Assembly (NCBI GenBank): GCA_002104945.1
Contig: MCFH01000060.1
Location: 124,001 to 188,000, forward strand
DNA length: 64,000 nt
Direction of reading: 5' to 3'
From: Piromyces finnis finn
Taxonomy: Eukaryota > Fungi > Neocallimastigomycota
Positions 46,351 to 59,236 of this stretch are shown here, piece by piece (the first letter of the stretch is position 1; each line of letters begins with the position of its first letter). The notes under the pieces are model-generated. The model was given only the letters and a program-made list of their open reading frames with translations, ran no database searches and was not told where the DNA came from. The translations under genes were made by a program, and so were the position numbers.

Positions 46351-47640
46351 AAATCAAAATAAAAAAACTTAATCTTACAGTTTTAATACAGTAGAAGTAT
46401 TAAAAATATGAGCATTAATATTAAGTAATTACTGGTGAAGTTCGTTCAGATATTCTAACCTTACATTCACAATTTAAGTGGAATCTATAATTATTATTAT
46501 TATTGTTCTTCCTAATTACGTGAAGTTCGAAGGCTAGACTATTTTTCCAATTTGCTGGTAAATTAGACGCAATTATTTAATATTTATTCTTAAATAATTT
46601 GTTATCCATTAATATATATTTTTATATTAATAACATTATTTTATGTAAATATAGATTTAATTTAGAATGCATTAATTTATATTTACACGTGTCATTTGTT
46701 CTGATACAGGTTGATTTTATGTGGAAAGAATTTAACTTTAATACTATATGTTTTATTAATAACTTTATTTATTACGTTTCAATATTACTATTCTGTCTAA
46801 ATACTATAACGTTAATTCTATCGTTCTTAATTATATAAACTTTACTAAAAACAAGAAGCCTCTTTAATAATAATTATTCCCTAGTCTATTTATACAAATG
46901 AGGCTTACTTAATAACTAATTGTCCAATGATAATGCTAGAATTATATGGATTATACCTCCACATTATTCTTTTTACATTACATATTTTACATTAGTCATA
47001 TATTTGTATTATATTCTTATACATTATAGAAATAATTATAATAAAACTTTATAAATTTAATATTAGGAAAAATATACTAATATAATAAGTCACATATTAT
47101 TTTTATATCAATTTATAAAAATTCATTTTTTATTTTCATTTAATAATATCTTTTATTTAATAAATAAATAATAAATATATAATAAATATAAACATTTTTA
47201 CTGAATTGTATATGAATTAACCTTTTTTTTTTAACATTGCATACACATTAAACACATATATTTATTATTTACACAACATATTATTATTATATTAATTTTT
47301 TAATATTAAATTTTATATAGTTTTATAGATTTATATATTATTTACACTTTGTTAAAATAAGAATCTATTTTAATAATAAATACTCTATAGATTATATCTT
47401 CATTATTTAATTACTATTTATTATTATATAAATGGGGAATTATATTATATAAATACATTATCATTACATATTTTTACATTAATTTTACATTATACTACAT
47501 TAATCTACATTACATTATAATACATTACAGAAATAATAATGCCAAAACTAATCGTTTGATGTTTATAGAAAAGAAATAAAATTGTTAATAAAAAATCTAA
47601 TTCTTTCTTAAATACAGTATAATAATAAAATAATAGTAGA

Positions 47641-47703
47641 TTGTTATTAATAAAGTTTTAATATTAAACTCCCATTTTAATATTAAAACTTTATTAATAA
47701 CAA
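47641..47703. repeat. Perfect 28-bp inverted repeat with a 7-nt loop
   Basis: TTGTTATTAATAAAGTTTTAATATTAAA-CTCCCAT-exact reverse complement. Confidence 0.9.
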
Positions 47704-48578
47704 ACAAAATTTTAATATAAATAAATTAATAAAATTATTCATTATTAACGTGACTTGATTTAATGAATGATAAATATCATGAGATATAATAGATTTATGT
47801 AATATCTTTTAGTTTATATTTATATAATATTTTGATATCACTTTTTGTTCTATAATTATTACTAACAGTATTCAGTCATGTTATTAGTAATTGATATATA
47901 GCTTTTTCTTATTTATATAATGTATACCTTGTAGTTTTGTAATAATAAAAATGACAAAATGATTATTATCAATATTGAAAATAAGCAACATAGTAAAAAT
48001 CAAAAATCATATGATTTAATAAGCCACATCAATAAAATTAATAAAATTTAATAAAAATTAAAATGGAAATTAATAAATTTATGTATTAATGAGAATAACA
48101 ATAATACAATAGTATAAAGAAGTTTTATAATAATTAAAGTTATTAATCTATTTGTTTATGACCCAAATCCATATTTATAATAAATATTTAATACAAACAG
48201 AATGATTAATTTTATGAAATAAAAATTTTAGTAGGAAAAAATAACATAGAAACAAAACTTTATTTTTTATTGTTGTTGGAAAAAGGAAAATTGATCATCT
48301 ATTGTTAATTAATGATTAATAAAATATTAGAAAAGATAATGTTAAAGATCACTTTGTCATTTCTAATCTTATATAATACAAAAATGGAGATTTACAAAGC
48401 TTTTCATTTATTTATTATATATTTTAAATTTAATTAATATTTTAAGTTAATCCTATTTTAATAATATTTTGAATAATAGCTTAATATTCTGAATAGTAGT
48501 TTAATAATAATACTTTGAATAATAGCTTAATATTCTGAATAGTAGTTTAATAATAATATTTTGAGTAGTTTAATATTA

Positions 48579-48689
48579 AATCTACGTAAAAAACATAGTT
48601 TAAAAGAAAACATTAATAATAAAATGATATATAATAATTTAAGTTTCTATTATTAATTTTTTCTTTTAAACTATGTTTTTACATAGATT
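48579..48689. repeat. Fold-back (MITE-like) element with ~42-bp imperfect terminal inverted repeats
   Basis: AATCTACGTAAAAAACATAGTTTAAAAGAAAA... / ...TTTTCTTTTAAACTATGTTTTTACATAGATT, flanked by TA on both sides. Confidence 0.6.
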
Positions 48690-49555
48690 TATGATATTTT
48701 TTTAAAAAAAATAGTGATTTTACATAAATTTATAAATTCATATGTTTATTTATATATTCATTTTATTTTATGTGGCTTGTAATAATCATGACTTTTATGA
48801 ATTAATTTATTTTATATCCATAAATACTATTAATTTCCAAAGTTTATTTTTATTAATTAATTATGTTATTGTCCTAGTTTAAATTAAGGAAAATTAAAAT
48901 ATTATCACTTTATAAAAAAAAAAAAAGGCATCCTTTATATTAATTAAAATGTGAAGAATAGAAAAAAGGTGAATAAATATATAATAAGATTGTTAATAAA
49001 ATGAACTACAAATCATACGCTAATGATGTAAATAAATTAAAATTAAAATTATTCAAAAAACTATTTACTTTTTAATAAAAATAAATTAAAGAGACTAAAT
49101 ATTAAAATTAAATATTAAAATTTTATATATAATTGAATTTTATATTAAAATCACTTTATTTCATAAGGAATGGTGAATTTATTATGTTCTACCTTACAAT
49201 ATAAATATGAAATAATAATAATAATAATAAAAAAAAAGAATATAAATATTCTGGTGAATTTCCTAAATTTATATCTTTAAAATAAAACTATTTAATATAT
49301 AAATATTAAATATTTTATTAATAAGTTATTCAAAAAATAAAAAAAAAAAATTATTTATTGAATAAGTAAAAGTTAGTTTATAGAATTAAAAAAAAAAAAA
49401 AAACTAACCATAGAATAATAATAAAAAAAATATTAAAAATTCTTGATGAATATTTAATTATCATAAAAATAGTAAAATTAATTAAAAAAGAAAAAAAATA
49501 AAAAGAAAAATATTAAAAAATAAATAATAAAAATATATAAATACAAAATATAAAA

Positions 49556-51658
49556 ATGAAATCTTTCATATTCTTATTATTTGTCACTGTTTTCAGTGCT
49601 TTTGCTAGCGCTGCTGAAAGTGATTTCAATGGTATTAGAACTGCAAAGTCATACAAAGATATCAAGAATCACAACCCAGTCAACACTCTTAAATTCAGTG
49701 CTGATCCAGGTGTAATGGTTTATGATGGTAGAGTTTACGTTTATGCTACTGATGATGGTCATGTTGATCAATTAGGTAACAACCCAGAAACTAACACTTA
49801 TGGACAAATTAACACCATTAATGTTATGTCTTCTGATGATTTAGTTAACTGGATTGACCATGGTTCCATTCCAGCAGCAGGTAGAAATGGAGCAGCTAAG
49901 TGGGCTAACAACTCATGGGCACCAACCGCAGCTCACAAAAAGATTAATGGTAAGGAAAAGTTCTTCCTTTACTTTGCTAACAGTGGTAATGGTATTGGTG
50001 TTTTAAGTAGTGATTCACCAACCGGTCCATTTACCGATCCACTTGGTGGACCAATTATTTCACGTAGTCTTCCAAACTGTAATAACATTGTTTGGTTATT
50101 TGATCCAGCTGTTTTTGTTGATGATGATGGTACAGGTTACATTTACTTTGGAGGAGGTGTTCCAGAAGGACAATCTAGCAATCCAAAGACAGTCCGTGCT
50201 GCCAAGTTAAGTGATGATATGATTAGAATTTCCGGTACTCCACAAACCATTGATGCTCCATGGGTCTTTGAAGATTCAGGTATTCACAAGTATGGCGATA
50301 CTTACTTCTACTCCTACTGTACTAACTGGGATAATGGACCATACGGTAATGCCAAGATTGCCTACATGACCAGTAAGAGTCCATTAGGACCATTCACATA
50401 CCAAGGTACTCTTTTCAACAACCCAGGTGAATTCTTTGGTACTACTGGTAACAATCACCACACTATTATTGAATTCAAGGGTAAATGGTACATCTTCTAC
50501 CATGCTGAATGGCTCAATCGTCAAGTTTACGGAACTCAAAAGGGATACCGTACCACTCATGTTGATGAACTTCCATTCTCCAATGGTCGTTACGGTAATG
50601 CTAAGGGCAGTCTTACAGGTGTCAATCAATTATTCAAGGTTAATGCTTACAACACTAACTACGCTTCAATGATGGCTTGGCAAGCTGGTGTTTCAGTTAA
50701 TGGTTTAGGACACACCACTGTTTCTTACAACAGAGGTGATTGGACTGGTGTTTCTAACGTTGACTTTGGAGACAGTGCCACTTCCGTAAAGATATCCGCC
50801 GCTTCCAGCAATGGAGCCACCATTAGAATTACTTCAGGCAGTGAAAATGGTGATGTTATTGGATACGTTACTATTCCAGCTACAGGTGGTGATAAGAACT
50901 TCAAGACCGTTACAGCTAATGTTAAGGCTTCTGGTACTAAGAACATCTTCTTTGTTGCCTCTGGTGATGTTACTATTGATACCTGGCAATTCATTGGATC
51001 AGGTAAGGGATCCAACGAACCAATTGAATTTGGAGATGGTGAACTTCCATCAAGCAAGCCAGTTGCCGTCAAGATTGAAGATGGTTGGTATTACATTAAG
51101 AACCCAGCTTCAGGTAAATACCTCCAAGTTGCTAATAACCAAGCTAAGGCTACAGCCAATATTGAAATTGGATCATCTAGTCAAGATGATGGACAAAAGT
51201 GGTTACTTACTAATGTTGGTGAAGGTTATGTTACCTTAAAGAGTGCTCTTGGCGATTTCATGATTGATGTTAGTAGTGGTGAAGACAAGAATGGAGCCAA
51301 TATTCAAATCTACACTGCCTATGGTCACGATGCTCAACAATTCATGATCTTAAAATCTAGTGTTGAAGGAGCCTACAGTATTACTTCAAGAGTTAGTTTC
51401 CAAGACAAGGGTATTGATATTGAAGGAGCTCGTACAGCTGATGGTACCAATGTTTTACAATGGACTAGTGAAGGTAGAGCTAATCAATTATGGGCTTTTG
51501 AAAAGGCTGATGATGTTAGTGAAGAAGAAGTTTGCTGGTCAGAACCATTAGGATACCCATGTTGTACTGGATGTGCCTATTCATGGTACAGTGATGATGA
51601 TGGTGAATGGGGTGTTGAAAATGATGACTGGTGTGGTATTTACAAGAGTTGCTACTAA
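49556..51658 (+). CDS. Secreted GH43 arabinoxylan arabinofuranohydrolase-like enzyme: signal peptide, GH43, CBM6, ricin-type CBM13, fungal dockerin (CBM10-like); copy 1
   Basis: Hydrophobic N-terminus; HNPV..FSADP and WAP...[22 protein letters not shown], similar to Bacillus XynD-type GH43; [12 protein letters not shown] (CBM6); QxW-like repeats (CBM13); [11 protein letters not shown]...[11 protein letters not shown] dockerin. Intronless. Confidence 0.93.
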   Translation: MKSFIFLLFVTVFSAFASAAESDFNGIRTAKSYKDIKNHNPVNTLKFSADPGVMVYDGRVYVYATDDGHVDQLGNNPETNTYGQINTINVMSSDDLVNWIDHGSIPAAGRNGAAKWANNSWAPTAAHKKINGKEKFFLYFANSGNGIGVLSSDSPTGPFTDPLGGPIISRSLPNCNNIVWLFDPAVFVDDDGTGYIYFGGGVPEGQSSNPKTVRAAKLSDDMIRISGTPQTIDAPWVFEDSGIHKYGDTYFYSYCTNWDNGPYGNAKIAYMTSKSPLGPFTYQGTLFNNPGEFFGTTGNNHHTIIEFKGKWYIFYHAEWLNRQVYGTQKGYRTTHVDELPFSNGRYGNAKGSLTGVNQLFKVNAYNTNYASMMAWQAGVSVNGLGHTTVSYNRGDWTGVSNVDFGDSATSVKISAASSNGATIRITSGSENGDVIGYVTIPATGGDKNFKTVTANVKASGTKNIFFVASGDVTIDTWQFIGSGKGSNEPIEFGDGELPSSKPVAVKIEDGWYYIKNPASGKYLQVANNQAKATANIEIGSSSQDDGQKWLLTNVGEGYVTLKSALGDFMIDVSSGEDKNGANIQIYTAYGHDAQQFMILKSSVEGAYSITSRVSFQDKGIDIEGARTADGTNVLQWTSEGRANQLWAFEKADDVSEEEVCWSEPLGYPCCTGCAYSWYSDDDGEWGVENDDWCGIYKSCY

Positions 51659-54600
51659 ATTATCCAAAATAAGCAACTAAAATAAATATCCAAAATAAGA
51701 ATAAAAAAAATTTTATTCATGAATAATTAAATAAATAAATATTCATTCACTAAAATTTTTGATATAAAAGAAAAATCAATATTAAAAGTTTACGAAGAAA
51801 AAAAAAAGGTTAAATTATAAACCTTTTTTAATCGTATTTAATATTATAAAATATTTATATATATATATTAAAATATTAACAAAAATAATAATTTCTTTTA
51901 TTATTAAACAATATAGAAAAATTTTAATAACCTTTTTTTTTCTATATATTATATTATAGAGCTGTGATAAAAAGGAATAAATATGTAAATTTTTTTTTTT
52001 CACTAAAATCAAAAATTAAAAAGAAATTATTAATGTAAAAATGTATAAAAAAAACATGTAGAAAAAAAATAAAATAATAATAAATAAATTAAAAATTAAA
52101 AAAAAAAAGAAAAAACTTTATAATACTCTACACCCTAATAAGTTAATTATTTACTATGTTTAACCAGTATATTAATATTATTAGTAATTAAATAAACTTC
52201 TTTATTAATATTATTAATTCAAAATTTTGTTAAACACACTCGTATGTATATTGTGATAAAGTAAAACAATAAGTAAAATTTATGAAAAAGAAATAAAGAA
52301 TATTAACAAAAATTTTAGATTAATTATAAAACTTTGAAAATATATTATTTTTAAGGATGCTTTGGTTAGTGGACCTTCAGATGATAATACTACTATTAGT
52401 CATGTAAGATTAACCCGTTCAGTTATTATTATATTTATTTTATTTAAAACTTATATTGGTTTTTATTGTTATACTATAAATATATGAAAAAAATAGAATA
52501 AAAAAAAACAAAGAGAGAGAGAGAGAAGAAAATAAAATATATAATTATTATAATATTTAATTATTATTGTAATACTAATTAAGAATGTTTAAATAACAAG
52601 TATTTTAATAGTTATTGTATACTTGATATTATTTAGGCATTTTGATTTTTTTTTTTTATAATATATATAAATTTAATTAGATTAAAAATATTTGTACTTT
52701 ATTTTTAAAAAAAAAAAGAAAAAAGAAAACACTTTTGAGATGTACCTCTATAAATTTAATTATTGATTAATAGTTAGATTTTTGTTTTTGAAAAGGTTAC
52801 TTAACCATTTGTAATATTGAGCAAATAAATAGAACAAGTACACAAAAGTTTTAAATATATTGAAAAAATTAAAATAAAGGATTAGGCCAATGGTATAAAG
52901 CAAACATAATTAAATTATCATAATTTTACTAGAAGCCAGATCAACAAACTTTATAATGTATGTAAGGAAAATAATGGGAAATATCAATAATTAAAAGAAG
53001 AAAAAAAAAGAAAAGAAAATAAATACTGATGAAATGATGTTGATATTAATAATAATAATAAAAGAAAGTAATATTGAAATATTATAATATAATAATATAA
53101 TATATATGGCAATTAAAAGTATGTAACTAATTTATATATAAACATTACTTTAAAATTTATAATTTCAATTTCAAAAGGTAATTATGATTATTAAAATTGC
53201 TTTTATTTTATCTATTCAAAAAAAAAAAAAGTAAAAGAAAATGAAAATGAAAAGCAAATAAACTTATTATATGAATTAATAATAATACATTTTATTGAAA
53301 ATATGATGACTTTAATAAAATTTACAGAATAGACAATAAAATGACTTATAATAACAATAAAATTTTATGTAAGAATGCTTTTGTGTAATTAATGGTAATT
53401 GATATATCAAATGTAGTAATTATTCTACTTTTACCAAAGTGTTTGCCTTTACTTATATTCATATACAATATTATCCTTAAAAAGTAAATCATTCATTAAT
53501 AATATTAAAGTTTTGGTAGAAAATACCGATATACCACCACCTTTTTCTATTTTTTTTTCCATTATTATTATTAGAATTATAATTAATATAATGACACATA
53601 AAAATTTAATATTTCCCTTAAGGGGACATGTACCATCATGGAAATAAAGAAATTAAAAAGTAATTTAAATTTTAACAATTGAATTATTAAAATTTGGATA
53701 ATAAATTGTCGCTAATATATTCATAATATATTCATAATTCAATTAAATATAAATAATTAATAACAAAATTTTATATTCAACTTTAAAAATTATTTAATTT
53801 ATTATTCATCATTTTAATATAATTTTAAGTTTATATCCTATTTATTAATTAATAAAATTAAATAATAAATAAACTTTTAAATAAATTAAAATTTTTAATA
53901 AATTCATGAATAAGAAAAAATTACACAAAAAAATAATAAAAAAAGCGGTTATAAAATATTCAACATTTTAGAAAGCGTTAGTGTTTGCATAGTTACAATA
54001 AATTTCCCAAAAAAAAAAAGAGAAACCCAATTCTTTAAGTTTATAAATTCCTTTTTTTTTTATAAAATAAATTTATGTATTTAATAGTAATAATAAATAC
54101 GAAATAGGTTTTCTTTATTATAAAATTTAATAAAGAATATTAATTATTAATTATTACTATTTAATGTTCTAATGTTCTGTACTAATTAGGAAGGATTAAC
54201 CATCAGTATCATCTCATCAACAAGAAATAAAATCATATTTCATAATATTATCCATATTAAAATATTACTCATCTTTTTTTAATAAAAATAAAAAGATTCA
54301 ATAAACGATATAATAGTAAAAAAACAACATGGGAAATAACTTTATTTCCAATAATTGTCAAAAAAAGGAAAATTGATCATCTATTTTTAATAAAACGATA
54401 AATCATTTTAATTTATTAAAATATTGATATGAAATATAAAATGAGGATGATAAACTTTATTTAATATAAAATAAAAATGACAAATTTTAAAAGTAATAAA
54501 ATTAATAATATAAAGTTATAGTATAGTTTATTGAATTTTAAAGTTTTCTTTTTTTTACCACAATAAAATTATATAAACTTTTACAATATTACTATTCGTA

Positions 54601-55399
54601 TGAATTATGAATTTTACAAATATTTTTAATCATTATTATTGAATATATTTATTTTTTTTTAATTCAACTATTTTTTATTTTATTTTATTAAATAACAATA
54701 TCTACAATAGTTTCTTAATAGAAATATATTAAATTAATTAAATTGTATATATTATATAATATAAAATTAATTATTTAATAAGTACAAGTTATATTGTTTA
54801 TATATAAAAAAGATGAGAAAATATAAATTTATTAATTAATAAATATTTATCATCAGTTTATTAATTAAAAAATAAATTAAACTGAATATACATCAATAAT
54901 TTAATTTAAAATAAATTAATTAAAATAAAAGATTTATCCTCTAATAATTAATTAGATAGACCAATAGAAAAATGTTAAAGATTAATTTATTTTTGATTAT
55001 TCTCATTTTTTGTCAAATGAAAAATGGTAAAACCTTATTAAATAGAAAATATCATTTTTTTAATAACTTGGTAAATAAAAAAAAAAGAATATAAATATTC
55101 TGGTGAATTTCCATTTTTTTTTTTCTTTAAGATAAAATTATTTAATATATATAAATTTGAAATATTAAATATTTTATTAATAAATTATTCAAAAAATAAA
55201 AAAAAAAATTATTTATTGAATAAGTAAAAGTTAGTTTATAGAATAAAAAAAAAAAAAAAACTAACCATAGAATAGGTAATTACATAAAAAAAAATTATTA
55301 AAAATTCTTGATGAATATTTAATAATAAAAGAAAGAATAATAAATAATACTTAATTTTGCTTTAGTCAAAAAAAAAATATATAAATATAAAATATAAAA

Positions 55400-57502
55400 A
55401 TGAAATCTTTCATATTCTTATTATTTGTCACTGTTTTCAGTGCTTTTGCTAGCGCTGCTGAAAGTGATTTCAATGGTATTAGAACTGCAAAGTCATACAA
55501 AGATATCAAGAATCACAACCCAGTCAACACTCTTAAATTCAGTGCTGATCCAGGTGTAATGGTTTATGATGGTAGAGTTTACGTTTATGCTACTGATGAT
55601 GGTCATGTTGATCAATTAGGTAACAACCCAGAAACTAACACTTATGGACAAATTAACACCATTAATGTTATGTCTTCTGATGATTTAGTTAACTGGATTG
55701 ACCATGGTTCCATTCCAGCAGCAGGTAGAAATGGAGCAGCTAAGTGGGCTAACAACTCATGGGCACCAACCGCAGCTCACAAAAAGATTAATGGTAAGGA
55801 AAAGTTCTTCCTTTACTTTGCTAACAGTGGTAATGGTATTGGTGTTTTAAGTAGTGATTCACCAACCGGTCCATTTACCGATCCACTTGGTGGACCAATT
55901 ATTTCACGTAGTCTTCCAAACTGTAATAACATTGTTTGGTTATTTGATCCAGCTGTTTTTGTTGATGATGATGGTACAGGTTACATTTACTTTGGAGGAG
56001 GTGTTCCAGAAGGACAATCTAGCAATCCAAAGACAGTCCGTGCTGCCAAGTTAAGTGATGATATGATTAGAATTTCCGGTACTCCACAAACCATTGATGC
56101 TCCATGGGTCTTTGAAGATTCAGGTATTCACAAGTATGGCGATACTTACTTCTACTCCTACTGTACTAACTGGGATAATGGACCATACGGTAATGCCAAG
56201 ATTGCCTACATGACCAGTAAGAGTCCATTAGGACCATTCACATACCAAGGTACTCTTTTCAACAACCCAGGTGAATTCTTTGGTACTACTGGTAACAATC
56301 ACCACACTATTATTGAATTCAAGGGTAAATGGTACATCTTCTACCATGCTGAATGGCTCAATCGTCAAGTTTACGGAACTCAAAAGGGATACCGTACCAC
56401 TCATGTTGATGAACTTCCATTCTCCAATGGTCGTTACGGTAATGCTAAGGGCAGTCTTACAGGTGTCAATCAATTATTCAAGGTTAATGCTTACAACACT
56501 AACTACGCTTCAATGATGGCTTGGCAAGCTGGTGTTTCAGTTAATGGTTTAGGACACACCACTGTTTCTTACAACAGAGGTGATTGGACTGGTGTTTCTA
56601 ACGTTGACTTTGGAGACAGTGCCACTTCCGTAAAGATATCCGCCGCTTCCAGCAATGGAGCCACCATTAGAATTACTTCAGGCAGTGAAAATGGTGATGT
56701 TATTGGATACGTTACTATTCCAGCTACAGGTGGTGATAAGAACTTCAAGACCGTTACAGCTAATGTTAAGGCTTCTGGTACTAAGAACATCTTCTTTGTT
56801 GCCTCTGGTGATGTTACTATTGATACCTGGCAATTCATTGGATCAGGTAAGGGATCCAACGAACCAATTGAATTTGGAGATGGTGAACTTCCATCAAGCA
56901 AGCCAGTTGCCGTCAAGATTGAAGATGGTTGGTATTACATTAAGAACCCAGCTTCAGGTAAATACCTCCAAGTTGCTAATAACCAAGCTAAGGCTACAGC
57001 CAATATTGAAATTGGATCATCTAGTCAAGATGATGGACAAAAGTGGTTACTTACTAATGTTGGTGAAGGTTATGTTACCTTAAAGAGTGCTCTTGGCGAT
57101 TTCATGATTGATGTTAGTAGTGGTGAAGACAAGAATGGAGCCAATATTCAAATCTACACTGCCTATGGTCACGATGCTCAACAATTCATGATCTTAAAAT
57201 CTAGTGTTGAAGGAGCCTACAGTATTACTTCAAGAGTTAGTTTCCAAGACAAGGGTATTGATATTGAAGGAGCTCGTACAGCTGATGGTACCAATGTTTT
57301 ACAATGGACTAGTGAAGGTAGAGCTAATCAATTATGGGCTTTTGAAAAGGCTGATGATGTTAGTGAAGAAGAAGTTTGCTGGTCAGAACCATTAGGATAC
57401 CCATGTTGTACTGGATGTGCCTATTCATGGTACAGTGATGATGATGGTGAATGGGGTGTTGAAAATGATGACTGGTGTGGTATTTACAAGAGTTGCTACT
57501 AA
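55400..57502 (+). CDS. GH43-CBM6-CBM13-dockerin, copy 2 (identical protein)
   Basis: Same 700-aa translation. The overlapping alternative-frame ORFs are also identical, offset by 5844 bp. Confidence 0.93.
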   Translation: MKSFIFLLFVTVFSAFASAAESDFNGIRTAKSYKDIKNHNPVNTLKFSADPGVMVYDGRVYVYATDDGHVDQLGNNPETNTYGQINTINVMSSDDLVNWIDHGSIPAAGRNGAAKWANNSWAPTAAHKKINGKEKFFLYFANSGNGIGVLSSDSPTGPFTDPLGGPIISRSLPNCNNIVWLFDPAVFVDDDGTGYIYFGGGVPEGQSSNPKTVRAAKLSDDMIRISGTPQTIDAPWVFEDSGIHKYGDTYFYSYCTNWDNGPYGNAKIAYMTSKSPLGPFTYQGTLFNNPGEFFGTTGNNHHTIIEFKGKWYIFYHAEWLNRQVYGTQKGYRTTHVDELPFSNGRYGNAKGSLTGVNQLFKVNAYNTNYASMMAWQAGVSVNGLGHTTVSYNRGDWTGVSNVDFGDSATSVKISAASSNGATIRITSGSENGDVIGYVTIPATGGDKNFKTVTANVKASGTKNIFFVASGDVTIDTWQFIGSGKGSNEPIEFGDGELPSSKPVAVKIEDGWYYIKNPASGKYLQVANNQAKATANIEIGSSSQDDGQKWLLTNVGEGYVTLKSALGDFMIDVSSGEDKNGANIQIYTAYGHDAQQFMILKSSVEGAYSITSRVSFQDKGIDIEGARTADGTNVLQWTSEGRANQLWAFEKADDVSEEEVCWSEPLGYPCCTGCAYSWYSDDDGEWGVENDDWCGIYKSCY

Positions 57503-58243
57503 ATTATCCAAAATAAGCAACTAAAATAAATATCCAAAATAAGAATAAAAAAAATTTTATTCATGAATAATTAAATAAATAAATATTCATTCACTAAAAT
57601 TTTTGATATAAAAGAAAAATCAATATTAAAAGTTTACGAAGAAAAAAAAAAGGTTAAATTATAAACCTTTTTTAATCGTATTTAATATTATAAAATATTT
57701 ATATATATATTAAATATTGAATAATTTCAATTTTTTTAATCATTTTTAGAGTAGGTAAAAAAAAAGAAATTATTTAAATGTAAAAATGTAAAAAGAAAAA
57801 AAAAAAAAACCGATAACATCATAACAACTACATATAAACGAAATCACAAAGAAAAACAAAAAACCAAAACAAAAATTAAATTATTAATAAAAAACAAATA
57901 AAAATAAATATAAAAAAAAAAAAAAAATATTTTTTAAAGTGTTGAATTAGAATAGTAAAAAACTACAATTTTTAAAAAATTTTTTGTGTGTACTTTATAA
58001 TAAATTTTATTATTATTTTTCATATTTTACTATATTAAACGAAATTACTTTTGTGTATATTCACAATCTTTAATAATAGAATAAAGTTTTTCAATAACTT
58101 TTTTTTTTTTTGAAGAACTTTTAGTATTGGTTCACTTTTAACACCTAACAAGAAAAAGGTTAAAGTTGAAGTTATATACTATAAAATGAAAATCATTTTT
58201 AATAAGATTCGAAATCATTTTAAAAACGACTAGGCCTTTTCAT

Positions 58244-58639
58244 GTGCCCTCTTGGAAACGTGCCTTCATTTATTTAATAAATGTAGTTTCTCAAGGGGGT
58301 CTACTCATGCTCATGGTACTGAGAGAGTAGGAAGAATTAAATCCAAGTATTGCGCAATGGATGCTTGGTTAGTCTTTAAGGGATAGTTTCTCAAGGGGGT
58401 CTACTCATGCTCATGGTACTGAGAGAGTAGAAAGAATTAAATCCAAGTATTGCGCAATGGATGCTTGGTGCCCTCTTAGGAATGTGCCTTCATTTATTTA
58501 ATAAATGTAATTTCTCAAGGGGGTCTACTCATGCTCATGGTACTGAGAGAGTAGAAAGAATTAAATCCAAGCATTGCGCAATGGATGCTTGGTTAGTCTT
58601 TAAGGGAAAATTATTAGGACTAAGCTCATGGTACTGAGC
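58244..58639 (+). repeat. Modular tandem repeats in the LINE 5' UTR (A-B-C-B-A-B-C)
   Basis: 85-bp module B at 58284, 58384 and 58508; 40-bp module A at 58244 and 58468; 15-bp module C at 58369 and 58593. Confidence 0.92.
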
Positions 58640-59236
58640 GATTAAAAAACATTTTATTCATCGAATTAAGTATTTGATGAATAAGTTGAATGTTTGATAT
58701 TCAGGTAAGTTTGTATAGTATTTAATTAGAAGAGTAATACATTTTGTTGCTTTATTTTTTCTTTTATTCATGTATTCATGTAGTACTACTCTTCTCTTGT
58801 AAGAATCCAATGTAGTCAACTTTAGCATTTGCATTGTATTTTTATATTCATGTAGCTATTGTTGTATTGTTTCTTGTAAGAGACTGATTCACTCTACATC
58901 ATGTAAAAATACTATTCACAAGCTTTCTGGTGTCGACATTCTTGATTCAAATTTTTTACCAATTTAAATATTTAATGAAAAGTAAGTCAAACAAGTTTAG
59001 TGTCAAAAAGCGATTCGAATTTACTAACAACAAACCAAAACTAGAATTTTTAAAGAAAATTTACAACTAGAATTCAAAAAAAAAGAAACTTTAAACAAAG
59101 CATCGTAACAATTTTTGTACTATCCAGTACTTTTAAGAAGAGAGAGAGAGACAGATTTTTTTCCATATACGTTATATTTGTAATTTTTATTAGTATTTAT
59201 TTTATATTCAATATTTTTTAATTAGAATTTATTATC

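Noticed and set aside
46599-46838. AT-rich short ORFs (also 15050-15268 and 51815-52012)
   Set aside because: Low-complexity I/L/N/K/F composition expected from AT-rich non-coding DNA.
58318-58335. Hammerhead or HDV-like ribozyme in the LINE 5' modules
   Set aside because: CTGAGAG lacks G8 and there is no stem II; a possible P1 helix is not followed by the GG/P1.1, P3 and J4/2 elements.
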